DNA from: Trueperaceae bacterium
GTDB lineage: Bacteria > Deinococcota > Deinococci > Deinococcales > Trueperaceae
Direction of reading: 5' to 3'
Assembly: GCA_040905465.1 (NCBI GenBank)
Contig: JBBDRK010000049.1
Coordinates: 32,001-96,000, forward strand
DNA: 64,000 bases
The notes under the pieces are model-generated. The model searched no databases, was not told where the DNA came from, and saw only the letters and a program-made list of their open reading frames with translations. Numbering within the stretch: position 1 is the stretch's first letter; each line of letters begins with the position of its first letter. This document shows positions 9,926-19,631 of the stretch, piece by piece. The position numbers were made by a program, and so were the translations under genes.

Positions 9926-10941
9926 GACGGCTCCAACTCCTCCCATTTTCGTCTGGTGCGCCTGATGCCGCCGAGGACACGGTCATCGAGTAGTCGGCCG
10001 GAATGTTGGAGGGCCATCAGATACGAGCCCACCACAGGCGGGAATGCCGGCTCGCACACGACTGCTTCAGGCATCTCGACCGCGAGTTCGCTGTCGAAGG
10101 GCTCCCGGAGCCAGGGGCCGGCGCGAAAGACGCCTCCCGCCGGATAGATACGGCCGCCATACAATCCCGGTAAGCGACGGCCTACCGCCTGAGCGAGCTC
10201 TACCAGCCGATGCGCCGCCTCGGCCAGCAACTCTCGGGCGACCGTATCGCCATCGTCGGCCGCCGACCTGACCAGCGGCACCAGGGCAGCTACCCGGGCG
10301 CGGTCCAGAACCTTGTCCAGGTATATGAGCCTTAGCAACGCCCCCGGGTCCACAGCTGCGAAGTGGGCCAGGACCACCTCGCTGAGTTTCGTCTCGGGCC
10401 CACGACCGTCGGACTGCCGGAATACCGCTTCCAGCGCCTCTATGCCTATGCGGAAGCCGCCGCCCCGGTCGTCCACCAGATACCCCCAGCCGCCCGAGCG
10501 GACCTGGTTGCCCCGGTCGTCGACACCGTACGCTATCGAGCCAGTGCCGGAGTACACCAACACTCCCGGCAACCCGCATGAGGCGGCCAGGAAAGCAGGA
10601 GCGGCATCGCCTCGGACGTGAATCCGTGCTCTCGGAAGCAAGTGCCATGCGATATCGCTCGCCTTCCGGCCGTCATCCTGCTCGTCGAACACCCCTGTCA
10701 GGCCGAGAAAGGCAGTGGCAACCCGATCGGCACTCACACCCGCAGACTTCAGCGCTCCTCCGATCGCCGCTCTTAATGCCCCCTCTAACCGGCGCAATCC
10801 CGCCTCGTCTGTGAAGAGGCCGGTTGGTCCCCCGACTCCCACCCCCACGACCTCACCCGTTTGGTTACCCACCAACGCTCGCGTGGAACTGGAGCCACCA
10901 TCTACCGCTACCACAAAGCACTCATCCGGGCTCCGGCTCAT
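9922..10941 (-). CDS. BadF/BadG/BcrA/BcrD-type N-acetylglucosamine kinase-like protein
   Basis: VDGGSSSTRA, SGTGSIAYG, GGWGYLVDDRGGG. Confidence 0.87.
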   Translation of the reverse strand: MSRSPDECFVVAVDGGSSSTRALVGNQTGEVVGVGVGGPTGLFTDEAGLRRLEGALRAAIGGALKSAGVSADRVATAFLGLTGVFDEQDDGRKASDIAWHLLPRARIHVRGDAAPAFLAASCGLPGVLVYSGTGSIAYGVDDRGNQVRSGGWGYLVDDRGGGFRIGIEALEAVFRQSDGRGPETKLSEVVLAHFAAVDPGALLRLIYLDKVLDRARVAALVPLVRSAADDGDTVARELLAEAAHRLVELAQAVGRRLPGLYGGRIYPAGGVFRAGPWLREPFDSELAVEMPEAVVCEPAFPPVVGSYLMALQHSGRLLDDRVLGGIRRTRRKWEELEPS

Positions 10942-13058
10942 AGGTGGCGAATCCGTGAGCGAAACTGACGCAGAACGTTCCGTGTGCCTTCGTTGCTCTC
11001 GTCGGCGTTGGCGCTTACCATGACCGCGGGCGGCCGCCCACGCCAGCTGAGAATCTCGGTTGCACGCATGGTTACCGAGTGCAGCAGGTAACTTCCGGTG
11101 ATCGTCGACACGGGACCCATCTCGTGCGACATTCCCCGGGGGCGTACCGTTGCGTCACCGTAAGGGGCCTGGTTGTCGAGCACGACGTCGGCTATGTCGA
11201 TGAGCCTCCGGCCGCTGGAGTGGCGCGAAGTCACCCGTCCGGTGTGTTGCACCGATGTAACCGCTACGACCGTGCAGCCCCGCTGGGACGCCTCGAGAGC
11301 CAGTTCGACGGGAAACGCGTTCCGACCTGAATTGGACGCGACGATCACCAGGTCGTTGCTAGTTACGCCGGCATCGTCCAGCACGATCCGCGCGACTCCC
11401 TCTAGCTGTTCGAATTGCGTGCTCCGAAGGGCGCCCTCATGCAGCATCAGCACGCCTACGAGTAATGGGTGCACCGCCAAGAGTCCACCAGCCCGATAGA
11501 ACACCTCCTCGGCCAGAATGTGCGAGTGTCCACTGCCGCCCACGAATACGAGAGCGTCGCGGTAGATTGTGTCGGCGATGAGGTTTGCAACATCCTCCAG
11601 CTCGCGCTCCTGTCGGCTCGCCTTCAGCAGGCAGTCGACGACGCGATCGGCGTAGCGCGCGGTGACACTTTCAGGACCACCGCTCTCCTCGTATTCGTCT
11701 TCGCACCCCCAGTGGCTGGTCTGGCTCTCAGGCCTGCCGAGCAGCATCGCAGCCGTATCGACCAGGCACACCGCCACATCGGAGACGAATGGCTGGCGGT
11801 CGGAGACGGCCGCCCCAAGACGTGTCCCATAGCCGGCAGCCGAAAACTCTCGCTCCGGCGGTAGGTATCCGGAGTAACCGTTCGCGTACCCCACTACCCA
11901 GGTTGATGCGAAAGCGGCGGCGTCGACTATCGCTAGCCCGTGCTCCGCGTATACTTCGGCGGGAATCGCGAGGAGGGCAAGCTCGTCTCCGAGACAGAGC
12001 GCCTGGAGTTCTATTCGTTCCCGCTCGGGAAGCAGGCCCTGTTCCCACCTCCGCAGGAGGTCACGGTGGTATGCCGCCCAGAAGCGCGGCATCTGCACTT
12101 CGGCCGTTACCGCCCCGAAGGGCTCGTCGGGCTGGCCGCGCGCCGCAGCGGCGCGCTCCTGACGCTCGGCCTCCGCTTGGTGAAAGTCTGCATCGAAAGG
12201 CTGGAAAGGCACCTCGAAACATGAGGATCTGACGGTCCAGGCGTCGTGGGCGACTGCTCGGGCCTTACTCATCCCCTGCGTCGCGGCCGCCGCCAGCCCC
12301 TCGCCGAACCGGCGTACATCCTCCGCACTTCCGCTGCCCCACTCCCGGCGATGCGTTACGGGATCGACATCGGCGCAGGCGCCATTGAGGTACGCCACGA
12401 TCGCCCCCGGGTGCTCCTTGCGCAGGCAGGCCCGCATCGACCCGGGATAGTCCGCCGACACGACCCGTGCTGGTCCCAATGTGACGGGATGGCATGCGTG
12501 CTTCACCAGTACGGCGACCACCTCACCGTCGTCGTTGCTGAAGTGCAACGTGGCTACGGCAGCATCGAGTTGACCGCTGCCGGTTCGGTTCCACGCCAGG
12601 TCCCGGTACTCACTGCGTCCCAGCCAGGCTCGAACCGGCTGTGGTCGCGAGGCGGCGCTTTTGACGATCCCGACCAGGTGCCGCTCCACCATTGCGACGT
12701 AGGAGGAATCCAACTTGCCCCACCCGCGTGTATCGACGACGGTCGGCGCGGTATGCGTGTGGGTCGCCGTAACGAGCACGCGATCTGGCTGCAATCCTTC
12801 CTGCTCGAAGAGCCGCCGCCGGATACGGTTCACCAAGTCCCTGGAAACGCCCAATAGATCGCAGGTAACTATCGCTACACGCTCCGCCCCGCTCCCCATC
12901 ACCAAGGCCTGCGCGAACAGGTGATCCGCTACTTCGCTGGCGAGTCGTCCGATGTCGGGACCGTAGCCCGCCAGCTCCAGATCGAGCGGCGGGGTGATCA
13001 CCGTCTCAGCAGCCCCAAGCAGAAGGTAGCCCGAGGGCGCGAGGACGTTGCCAGCCAT
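10938..13058 (-). CDS. Fusion protein: ceramidase-like hydrolase plus C-terminal SIS (sugar isomerase, UPF0309-like) domain
   Basis: N-terminal LAGYG, ATHTHTAP, HACHPV, SADYPG, YANGYSGY; C-terminal GSGHSHILAEEVFYRAGGL, SNSGRN, RHSSG. Confidence 0.8.
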   Translation of the reverse strand: MAGNVLAPSGYLLLGAAETVITPPLDLELAGYGPDIGRLASEVADHLFAQALVMGSGAERVAIVTCDLLGVSRDLVNRIRRRLFEQEGLQPDRVLVTATHTHTAPTVVDTRGWGKLDSSYVAMVERHLVGIVKSAASRPQPVRAWLGRSEYRDLAWNRTGSGQLDAAVATLHFSNDDGEVVAVLVKHACHPVTLGPARVVSADYPGSMRACLRKEHPGAIVAYLNGACADVDPVTHRREWGSGSAEDVRRFGEGLAAAATQGMSKARAVAHDAWTVRSSCFEVPFQPFDADFHQAEAERQERAAAARGQPDEPFGAVTAEVQMPRFWAAYHRDLLRRWEQGLLPERERIELQALCLGDELALLAIPAEVYAEHGLAIVDAAAFASTWVVGYANGYSGYLPPEREFSAAGYGTRLGAAVSDRQPFVSDVAVCLVDTAAMLLGRPESQTSHWGCEDEYEESGGPESVTARYADRVVDCLLKASRQERELEDVANLIADTIYRDALVFVGGSGHSHILAEEVFYRAGGLLAVHPLLVGVLMLHEGALRSTQFEQLEGVARIVLDDAGVTSNDLVIVASNSGRNAFPVELALEASQRGCTVVAVTSVQHTGRVTSRHSSGRRLIDIADVVLDNQAPYGDATVRPRGMSHEMGPVSTITGSYLLHSVTMRATEILSWRGRPPAVMVSANADESNEGTRNVLRQFRSRIRHL

Positions 13059-14348
13059 CTACGGGTGCACCTCCAGGCCTTGATCCCGGGCGCACTCGTG
13101 GTAGATCTCGACTATCGCCTCCACCTCGTCGTCGCTCATCGCAGGCGGAACGGCCAGGAGGCTCGACCGCGCGAAAAGGTCGTCTGCGCGCGGCAATTCC
13201 CCCTTGCGGTAACTGTAGTGTGCGGCAAACGCGTTGGCAGGGTCGGCCCAAGGATAGCCGCGCGAATTGACGCCGCGGCGATGAACGAGGCTGGCATTGT
13301 TGTAGTAAAGGTGAAGGCCCCACTCGTTGAACGTGAGGTTGTTCAGCCCTTTCGGCCCGGGCACGACGCCGGCTGAACGGGTGGCAGCAATCATAGCCGC
13401 GTTGGTGCTGGGATCCGGCCAGCTAAGTATCACGAAGGCGCCATTATCACCACTGGGATCTGGACGGGAACGCGGAGTGACGGCCGAGATCTTGCCCAAC
13501 TCCCGGTACAAGCGGTCATTCAGACTCCTCATCTGCCCGATCAGCCGATCCAGTTTTGACTCCTGCGCCACCAGCATCGCCGCCGATAGCTCGCTCATCC
13601 TGCTGCCCTGCCCCCAGAGTTGGGTTGCCGGGTCCTCCGTGACTAGGCGGCCGCTCTCGTTCCGCGGATAACCGAGATCGTGCGCCGCTACCGCTCGCCG
13701 GTAGAACTCGTCGTCGTCGCATACCAGCAAACCCCCCTCGCCAGCTGTGATTGCCTTGTTGTACTGGAAGCTGAAGATCGCCATCTCGCCGAAGGCACCG
13801 AGTGGTTGGCCGCGGAAGGAAGCACCGTTTGCCTGGGCGACATCCTCGATCACAGGCAGACCATGGTGACGAGCGACCTCGAGAAGTCGGTCCAGGCGTC
13901 CCGTCGCACCGCTCATGTGCACCAGCAGCACGGCCTTGCTGTGCTCCGAGATCTTCCTCGCCAGATCGTCTGGATCCATTACGAAAGTGTCGTCGATCTC
14001 CACCAGTTTCGGAATCGCTCCAGCGCGCACAACGGCCGAGGCGCACGACACCCAGAAGTAACCTGGTACGAGTACTTCGTCGCCCGGTCCGACGTCCAGC
14101 ATCGTCATGGCGATAGATAGTGCCGAGGTGCCGCTGTTCACCGCGAGCGCATGCTTGCGCCCAAGCCTTTGGCGGTAGGCCTCCTCGAGCCGATCAGCGA
14201 AGTGCTGCAGATCGTGCCCGTAGTAACGGAAGGGGCTACGTGCGTCGATGACCTTATTGACGGCGAGGCGCTCCTCCTCGTCAAACAGATAGCTCCCCGG
14301 CCACTCGTAGGGGATGAGTGGGCGCTTGGCGGTCGGACGTTTGGACAT
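13059..14348 (-). CDS. DegT/DnrJ/EryC1/StrS family PLP aminotransferase
   Basis: NSGTSAL, GPGDEV, IEDVAQA, FSFQYNKAITAGEGG. Confidence 0.92.
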   Translation of the reverse strand: MSKRPTAKRPLIPYEWPGSYLFDEEERLAVNKVIDARSPFRYYGHDLQHFADRLEEAYRQRLGRKHALAVNSGTSALSIAMTMLDVGPGDEVLVPGYFWVSCASAVVRAGAIPKLVEIDDTFVMDPDDLARKISEHSKAVLLVHMSGATGRLDRLLEVARHHGLPVIEDVAQANGASFRGQPLGAFGEMAIFSFQYNKAITAGEGGLLVCDDDEFYRRAVAAHDLGYPRNESGRLVTEDPATQLWGQGSRMSELSAAMLVAQESKLDRLIGQMRSLNDRLYRELGKISAVTPRSRPDPSGDNGAFVILSWPDPSTNAAMIAATRSAGVVPGPKGLNNLTFNEWGLHLYYNNASLVHRRGVNSRGYPWADPANAFAAHYSYRKGELPRADDLFARSSLLAVPPAMSDDEVEAIVEIYHECARDQGLEVHP

Positions 14349-14375
14349 TGACTATCCTCTCTCGCGGGCGGGCCG

Positions 14376-15239
14376 TCAGCCCTTGACTGCCGCGGCCGTC
14401 ATGCCCGCGATGAAGTATCGCTGGAAGAAGACGAACAGGACCGCGGCCGGCAGGGTGGCAATCGTCGATACGGCCATGGCGGCGGCCCACATAGGCTGGC
14501 GCTGGTAGGGCTGACTGAAGTTGGTCAAGCCGACGGACAAAACTGTGAGGTCCTGGTCCTGAACGATGATCAGCGGCCAGAGGAAGTTGTTCCAGGCCCA
14601 AATGAAGATGATGATCGACAAGCTAGCGGCCGCCGGAGCCAGCAGCGGGAAGACGACCTTGCGGAAGATAGTGAACTCCCCCGCCCCGTCGATGCGGGCA
14701 GCATCGAGGAGCTCATCGGGGATGCTCAGGGCGAACTGACGCATCATGAACACGCCGAACGCGTTCAGCAGCCCCGGCACTATCAAGCCCAGGTAGGTGT
14801 TGTCCCAACCGAAAGCGGCCATCTGAACGTAGAGCGGTACCACCAGCAGCTGGAACGGCACCATCATGGTGCTGATGACGAAATAGAACAGTATCCGCCG
14901 CCCGGGGAACGAGAACTTGGCGAAGCCGTAGCCGGCCAGGGCCGAGAAAAATACCGTGAAGAGCACGTCTAGGCCGGTAACCAGCGACGAGTTGAAGAAG
15001 TAGGTACCGACAGGGGCGATCTGGAACGCACGGAGGTACTGACTGAAACCCTGGAAGTCGTGCGGAAGCCAGTGGATGGGTGTGGCCAGCACTTCGGTCT
15101 CGGCCTTGAAGCTCGAGACGACCATGAACAGGATCGGAAACCCGAAGGAGAACGCCACGACCAGCGCCGAGGCGAACCAGAGTGCGGGAGGGATCAGCCG
15201 GCGTGGCCGGCGACTGAGCGTGGGAACTAGTGTTGGCAT
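14376..15239 (-). CDS. Carbohydrate ABC transporter permease (MalG-like)
   Basis: IPDELLDAARIDGA, WNNFLWP, FFQRYFIAGMTAAAVKG. Confidence 0.93.
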   Translation of the reverse strand: MPTLVPTLSRRPRRLIPPALWFASALVVAFSFGFPILFMVVSSFKAETEVLATPIHWLPHDFQGFSQYLRAFQIAPVGTYFFNSSLVTGLDVLFTVFFSALAGYGFAKFSFPGRRILFYFVISTMMVPFQLLVVPLYVQMAAFGWDNTYLGLIVPGLLNAFGVFMMRQFALSIPDELLDAARIDGAGEFTIFRKVVFPLLAPAAASLSIIIFIWAWNNFLWPLIIVQDQDLTVLSVGLTNFSQPYQRQPMWAAAMAVSTIATLPAAVLFVFFQRYFIAGMTAAAVKG

Positions 15240-15248
15240 GGGGAGCTC

Positions 15249-16199
15249 CTAACGCCCTACCGGGGTATCGGCCCGGCCCAGCACCAACTGCAGGAAGGTG
15301 ACGAGCAGGATGATCAGGAACAGGATCACCGAGATCGCTGCGGCTTCACCCATCCGAAAGTACTGGAACCCGTACTTCCAGATCAGCAAGGCCAGCGTGG
15401 TAGTCGAGTCGGCCGGCCCCCCCTTGTCGGGACTCATCACGTACTGAAGGATGAACCCCTGGAACGCCTGGATAGTGGATACCGCCGCGACCAGCACGGC
15501 CGTGGGGCGCAGCATGGGAAGCTCTACACGGAGAAACGCCTGCAACCTGTTGGCGCCGTCTATCAGCGCCGCCTCGCGCAGTTCGGTGGGGATGCCTGAA
15601 AGGCCGGCCAGCCAGATCAGCATGAAAAATGGGATGGTTGCCCAATTCTGTACGATGATCATCGACCAGGGGGCCAGAACTGCACTGTTCAGCCAATTGA
15701 TCTCACTCATCCCCACGATGGGACCCACCATGCTGGTGAGGATCCCGTCGGGGTGCAGGAGTACCTTCCACACAATGGAGACGACTACCAGCGACGGCAA
15801 GACCGGCAGGAAGAAGAGTGCCTTGAACATGCCGCGCGCTGGGAACCTCTGGAAGAACAGCAGCGCCGCGAGCAGCGAAAGGATCCACACCGGGACGGTC
15901 GTTCCGAGCACGAACCCGATAGTCACGCGAACCGCCTGCTGGAACAGGCCGTCGTGCCAGAGGTTGACGTAGTTGCGTGCGCCCACCCATTCGGGTGAGC
16001 GCAGCAGAGTGAAGTCGGTGAGACTGAGGTAGAAGCCGTAGGCGATCGGGAAGATGCTGAAGGCGCCGAAGAACAGCACGACCGGCAGGACGAACGCGAA
16101 GCCCCACCACTTCCGGCTTCTTAGCAGCGAGGACCGGCGGGGTGCACGGGCTGCCTCCGGCTGGGAGGCGAGACCCTGTGGAAGACTTTGCTGGCTCAT
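15249..16199 (-). CDS. Carbohydrate ABC transporter permease (MalF-like)
   Basis: EAALIDGA, GGPADSTTT, MGEAAAIS. Confidence 0.93.
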   Translation of the reverse strand: MSQQSLPQGLASQPEAARAPRRSSLLRSRKWWGFAFVLPVVLFFGAFSIFPIAYGFYLSLTDFTLLRSPEWVGARNYVNLWHDGLFQQAVRVTIGFVLGTTVPVWILSLLAALLFFQRFPARGMFKALFFLPVLPSLVVVSIVWKVLLHPDGILTSMVGPIVGMSEINWLNSAVLAPWSMIIVQNWATIPFFMLIWLAGLSGIPTELREAALIDGANRLQAFLRVELPMLRPTAVLVAAVSTIQAFQGFILQYVMSPDKGGPADSTTTLALLIWKYGFQYFRMGEAAAISVILFLIILLVTFLQLVLGRADTPVGR

Positions 16200-16233
16200 C
16201 GTCGCCCTTCAATACCTGCCCGTGCAACTGGGA

Positions 16234-17511
16234 TTACTGTCGTTCCGCTTCCCTGCGGGCCCGGTCGAGCGTCCCTTGGACGTCACTGTCGGCTCGCTCG
16301 AGAGTTTCCTCGACCGGGGCGCCGCCGAGTACGCGGTCGCGGGCGCGGGCGATCCCGTCAGCCACCTCGTTGAACCCGGGAATCCTCGGCGAAAAGAAAC
16401 TCTTCTCCATCTCCTCGAAGAATACGGGCATTATCTCGTTTTGCTGGAAGGCTTCGGACTCCACGAATTCGACGCGCGGCTGGAACAGGCCTGCCTCTTC
16501 GAAGTACCGGTCCGGATGCTGAGCCAGGAATCCAGCAAGTTTCCAGGCCGCCTCCTGCACGTCCTCATCGGCGTAGGCATTGACGAGGTAGTAGTAGCCG
16601 TACTTGTCGAAGCCGTTGTCGTTGACGGCATCCGACCAGCGGGGGACGGGGTGGATGGAGTAGTCGACGCCGGCATCTTCCATCTGGGGCACTCCCCAAT
16701 TGCCAAAGCTGCAGTCGGTCGCCAGTTCGCCGGCGAGGAATGCGTCGCGCGATCCCGTGTACTGAGGCCCTCCCAGCCGGTGCTCGTTGACCCAGTCAGA
16801 CCAGTACCGCATCACGCGCGCAACCTCCGGCGTGTCGATCGTGGCCTCGAACTCGTCCTCGTCGATCAACTGGCCGCCGAGCTGCGTGACCATGGGATTG
16901 AACTGGAGCCAGACGAATATGGGTGACGTCCAGTTGAAATCGAACCCGCGCTGGACCGGGTTGCCATCGTCGTCTCGCACGGTCAGCGTCTCGGCGACGT
17001 CGATCATCTCCTCCCAGGTCGTCGGAAAGTCCTCGGCCGGGCTCAGGCCGGCTGCCTCCCACAACTCATCGTTGCTGTAACAGGCGTAGATGCTCAGCTC
17101 GGTGGGGATGCCGTACGGTGTGCCGTCGAAAACGGCGCCTTCCGCTCCAGTGCTGTACGCGGCAAGGAAGTCCTCCCTGCTGCCGAAGCCGGCTGCCTCG
17201 ACGTCCAGAGGAGCCAGTGCGCCGGCTGCGCGGAACTGACCGAGAGCAAACGTGGCCTGGTTGAAGAGGTCGGGACCGCGACCGGCGGCCACGGCCGTGT
17301 AGAGGCGCAGGTCGAAATCAGCGACCGGGATCACTTCGTAGTTCACCTGTATGTCGGGGTTTTCTGCCATGAACTCAGCGATGAGTTCCTCGTCTACCGG
17401 GACACGCGGCGGGTGGTCGTGCATCCAAACGGTTAGGGTGGTTTGTGCCGCCGCCAGGCCGAGTACAGCGACGATGACGGCAAGCGTCAGGATACGTTCG
17501 ATGGAGCGCAC
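16234..17511 (-). CDS. Sugar ABC transporter substrate-binding protein
   Basis: Signal peptide, GPDLF, YGIP, PTTWEE. Confidence 0.9.
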   Translation of the reverse strand: MRSIERILTLAVIVAVLGLAAAQTTLTVWMHDHPPRVPVDEELIAEFMAENPDIQVNYEVIPVADFDLRLYTAVAAGRGPDLFNQATFALGQFRAAGALAPLDVEAAGFGSREDFLAAYSTGAEGAVFDGTPYGIPTELSIYACYSNDELWEAAGLSPAEDFPTTWEEMIDVAETLTVRDDDGNPVQRGFDFNWTSPIFVWLQFNPMVTQLGGQLIDEDEFEATIDTPEVARVMRYWSDWVNEHRLGGPQYTGSRDAFLAGELATDCSFGNWGVPQMEDAGVDYSIHPVPRWSDAVNDNGFDKYGYYYLVNAYADEDVQEAAWKLAGFLAQHPDRYFEEAGLFQPRVEFVESEAFQQNEIMPVFFEEMEKSFFSPRIPGFNEVADGIARARDRVLGGAPVEETLERADSDVQGTLDRARREAERQ

Positions 17512-17569
17512 AGTAAACCTCCTGAGAAACGATGGGACGGGGCGAGGGACGGATACTTTCTCTATGCCG

Positions 17570-18802
17570 TCAACCTATGGCCACCTCCGTTCGCTCGAGA
17601 ACCCTGCCCGAGAGCCATCCCAATTCGAGCGCTTGGAGTGCAACGCCAAGAGCTCCAGCGCTCCTGGGCAGGTGGGCATACTCAACCGTGATGTCGCGCA
17701 TGAGCGCCGGGATGACCAGTTGACGAAGCTCTTCACTCACATCGCGCAGGAAGCCGGGACCCGCGGCTCGGAGCTGCCCTCCAATGAGAATACGAGTGGA
17801 ACCGCAGATGCTGACTGCGCTCCCAAGAGCCTTGGCTATGTAACGAGCAAGTCGCTTCAGTACTAGAAAGCTCGCCTTGTCTCCGCGAGCAGCCGCCTCG
17901 CATATGGCCCTCACATCCGAATTCGCGGGCTCCGTGAGCGAGGACGGTACTCCCTGCCTAATCATCTCCACCAACGCGTCCTGGATGGCGCGGTGCGAAG
18001 CAAGCGTCTCGAGACAGCCGCGGTTGCCACACTGGCAGAACGGCCCGTCGTCCTCTACCGCGATGTGCCCGATCTCTCCGCACACCCCGCTGGTGCTCTT
18101 GAGCAGGCGGTCGTCGACGAAAATACCGCCACCCACACTGCCGGAACCGAAGAAGAGGTAGACGGCATCGGGGTAACCTCGAGCGGCGCCGTGGCGATGC
18201 TCAGCCTCGGCAAACGCACGCGAGACGTCTTCCACCACCACTGGACGCGACAATCTCTGTTCCAGCTTCGCCCTGATGGGAAACGGCTCGGACAGCGGCC
18301 GCTGCCATGTAATCCACTCTCCCCTCCCGCTCACCACGTCGTGCAGAGCCACGCCGAGAGAAAGGAGATCGTCGACGTCCGCGCCCACCTGACTCAACGC
18401 CGCCTCCGTCAAGGCGATGACTTCATCCACGGTGTCGTCGGTGGCCACGAACTCACGCTCGCCCTCCGACTGGTCGCTCCACAGCACCTCTCCTGATGCG
18501 TCTGCCAACACGACCGAGAGGAACGATCTGCCGAGCTCGATTCCCACCACCAATCCTGCCGCTGGGCCCAAGGACAGCTCCTCTGAGGGGCGCCCACCGT
18601 TGGAACCCGATGTTGACCGGCTTTCGGCTCTGATGAGGCCGCGCTCCACGAGCTGAGTAACCACGCGGCTGGTTGTCGTTTGATGATAGCCGAGCAGTAT
18701 GGAAAGGTCGGTCCGTGTCCTGGCCTTGCCGTGCAGTAGCGCCTCCAGGACACTCAGCTCGCGCACATGGCGACCTGTGCTGCGACGAGATACGGTTGTC
18801 AT
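17570..18802 (-). CDS. ROK family transcriptional regulator
   Basis: N-terminal HTH and the GEIGH...CQCGNRGCLET zinc motif. Confidence 0.92.
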   Translation of the reverse strand: MTTVSRRSTGRHVRELSVLEALLHGKARTRTDLSILLGYHQTTTSRVVTQLVERGLIRAESRSTSGSNGGRPSEELSLGPAAGLVVGIELGRSFLSVVLADASGEVLWSDQSEGEREFVATDDTVDEVIALTEAALSQVGADVDDLLSLGVALHDVVSGRGEWITWQRPLSEPFPIRAKLEQRLSRPVVVEDVSRAFAEAEHRHGAARGYPDAVYLFFGSGSVGGGIFVDDRLLKSTSGVCGEIGHIAVEDDGPFCQCGNRGCLETLASHRAIQDALVEMIRQGVPSSLTEPANSDVRAICEAAARGDKASFLVLKRLARYIAKALGSAVSICGSTRILIGGQLRAAGPGFLRDVSEELRQLVIPALMRDITVEYAHLPRSAGALGVALQALELGWLSGRVLERTEVAIG

Positions 18803-18855
18803 TACGCATGAAACTAGCACGCCAGGGGCGAAAAGGACAAGCCCTTTAATGCAAG

Positions 18856-19275
18856 ATGTCCTCTAACCACCCGTCATCCGGGGAAGCAAAAAGTGATACG
18901 TCAACTAACCCTAAGGTGAGCGTGAAGGACCCCACATTCGCACAGGGAATGCTGGTTGTGGGATACGACGACTGCTATGCATCCGGGCTGACCGAGGTGA
19001 TGTTCGCGCACGACGACTTCCTGAGCGTGGACGACTTCTACCGCGTGGACTACCAGTTCGACGACTGGCAGCCACAGTCCAGCGTGTGGCAGGCGAGCCT
19101 CGACTACGAGTACCTGTTCCTCCCAGACGAGGAGTTGACCTGGTTCCTGGCCGCGCTACGCACCGACTCGCAACTGACCATCCAGGACTGGGACTCCTAC
19201 GGCACGGCACTGCCCTATACGTTCGAACTGCGCGGCGCGCGAAAGGCACTAAGGCAACTGCACTGCGAGGTCTAG
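18856..19275 (+). CDS. Hypothetical protein, probably a 5'-truncated remnant
   Basis: Looks coding only from about 18925 (…YTFELRGARKAL). The N-terminus looks like intergenic DNA. Confidence 0.4.
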   Translation: MSSNHPSSGEAKSDTSTNPKVSVKDPTFAQGMLVVGYDDCYASGLTEVMFAHDDFLSVDDFYRVDYQFDDWQPQSSVWQASLDYEYLFLPDEELTWFLAALRTDSQLTIQDWDSYGTALPYTFELRGARKALRQLHCEV

Positions 19276-19327
19276 AGAGCCGGAGCGTAACGGCCATAGT
19301 CGAGAAGCGAGCGAAGCAGCCCGGCTG

Positions 19328-19510
19328 ATGCTCAGGTACGGTTTCGAGGAGCTGGGGTTCAACCGCATATCACTCGAGGTCTTCGACTTCAACAAGCGGG
19401 CGCTACGGGCGTACCGGAAGTTCGTGGCGGAGGGGCGCCTACGCGAGGTCCTGTGACAGGACGGTGAGTGCCACGACTCCATTGTGATGAGTCTGCTGCG
19501 GCCTGAGTCA
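19328..19510 (+). pseudogene. RimJ/RimL-type GNAT acetyltransferase C-terminal remnant
   Basis: MLRYGFEELGFNRISLEVFDFNKRALRAYRKFVAEGRLREVL*QDGECHDSIVMSLLRPE, with an in-frame TGA and no N-terminal half. Confidence 0.75.
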
Positions 19511-19631
19511 TGCAGGCTGGGACAGCCCCTTTCCAGCCCTTTCCAATACGCGCCGCAGCAGCGCGGTGCAGCGATTACTTGCGAAACGCAATCATGCGAG
19601 TTCGGTGGTCACGGAAGCAACTTGCCCGCCC

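Noticed and set aside
13059-14348. O-antigen or antibiotic biosynthesis cluster suggested by the DegT gene
   Set aside because: No glycosyltransferase, nucleotidyltransferase or dehydratase. The neighbours are an importer and catabolic enzymes.
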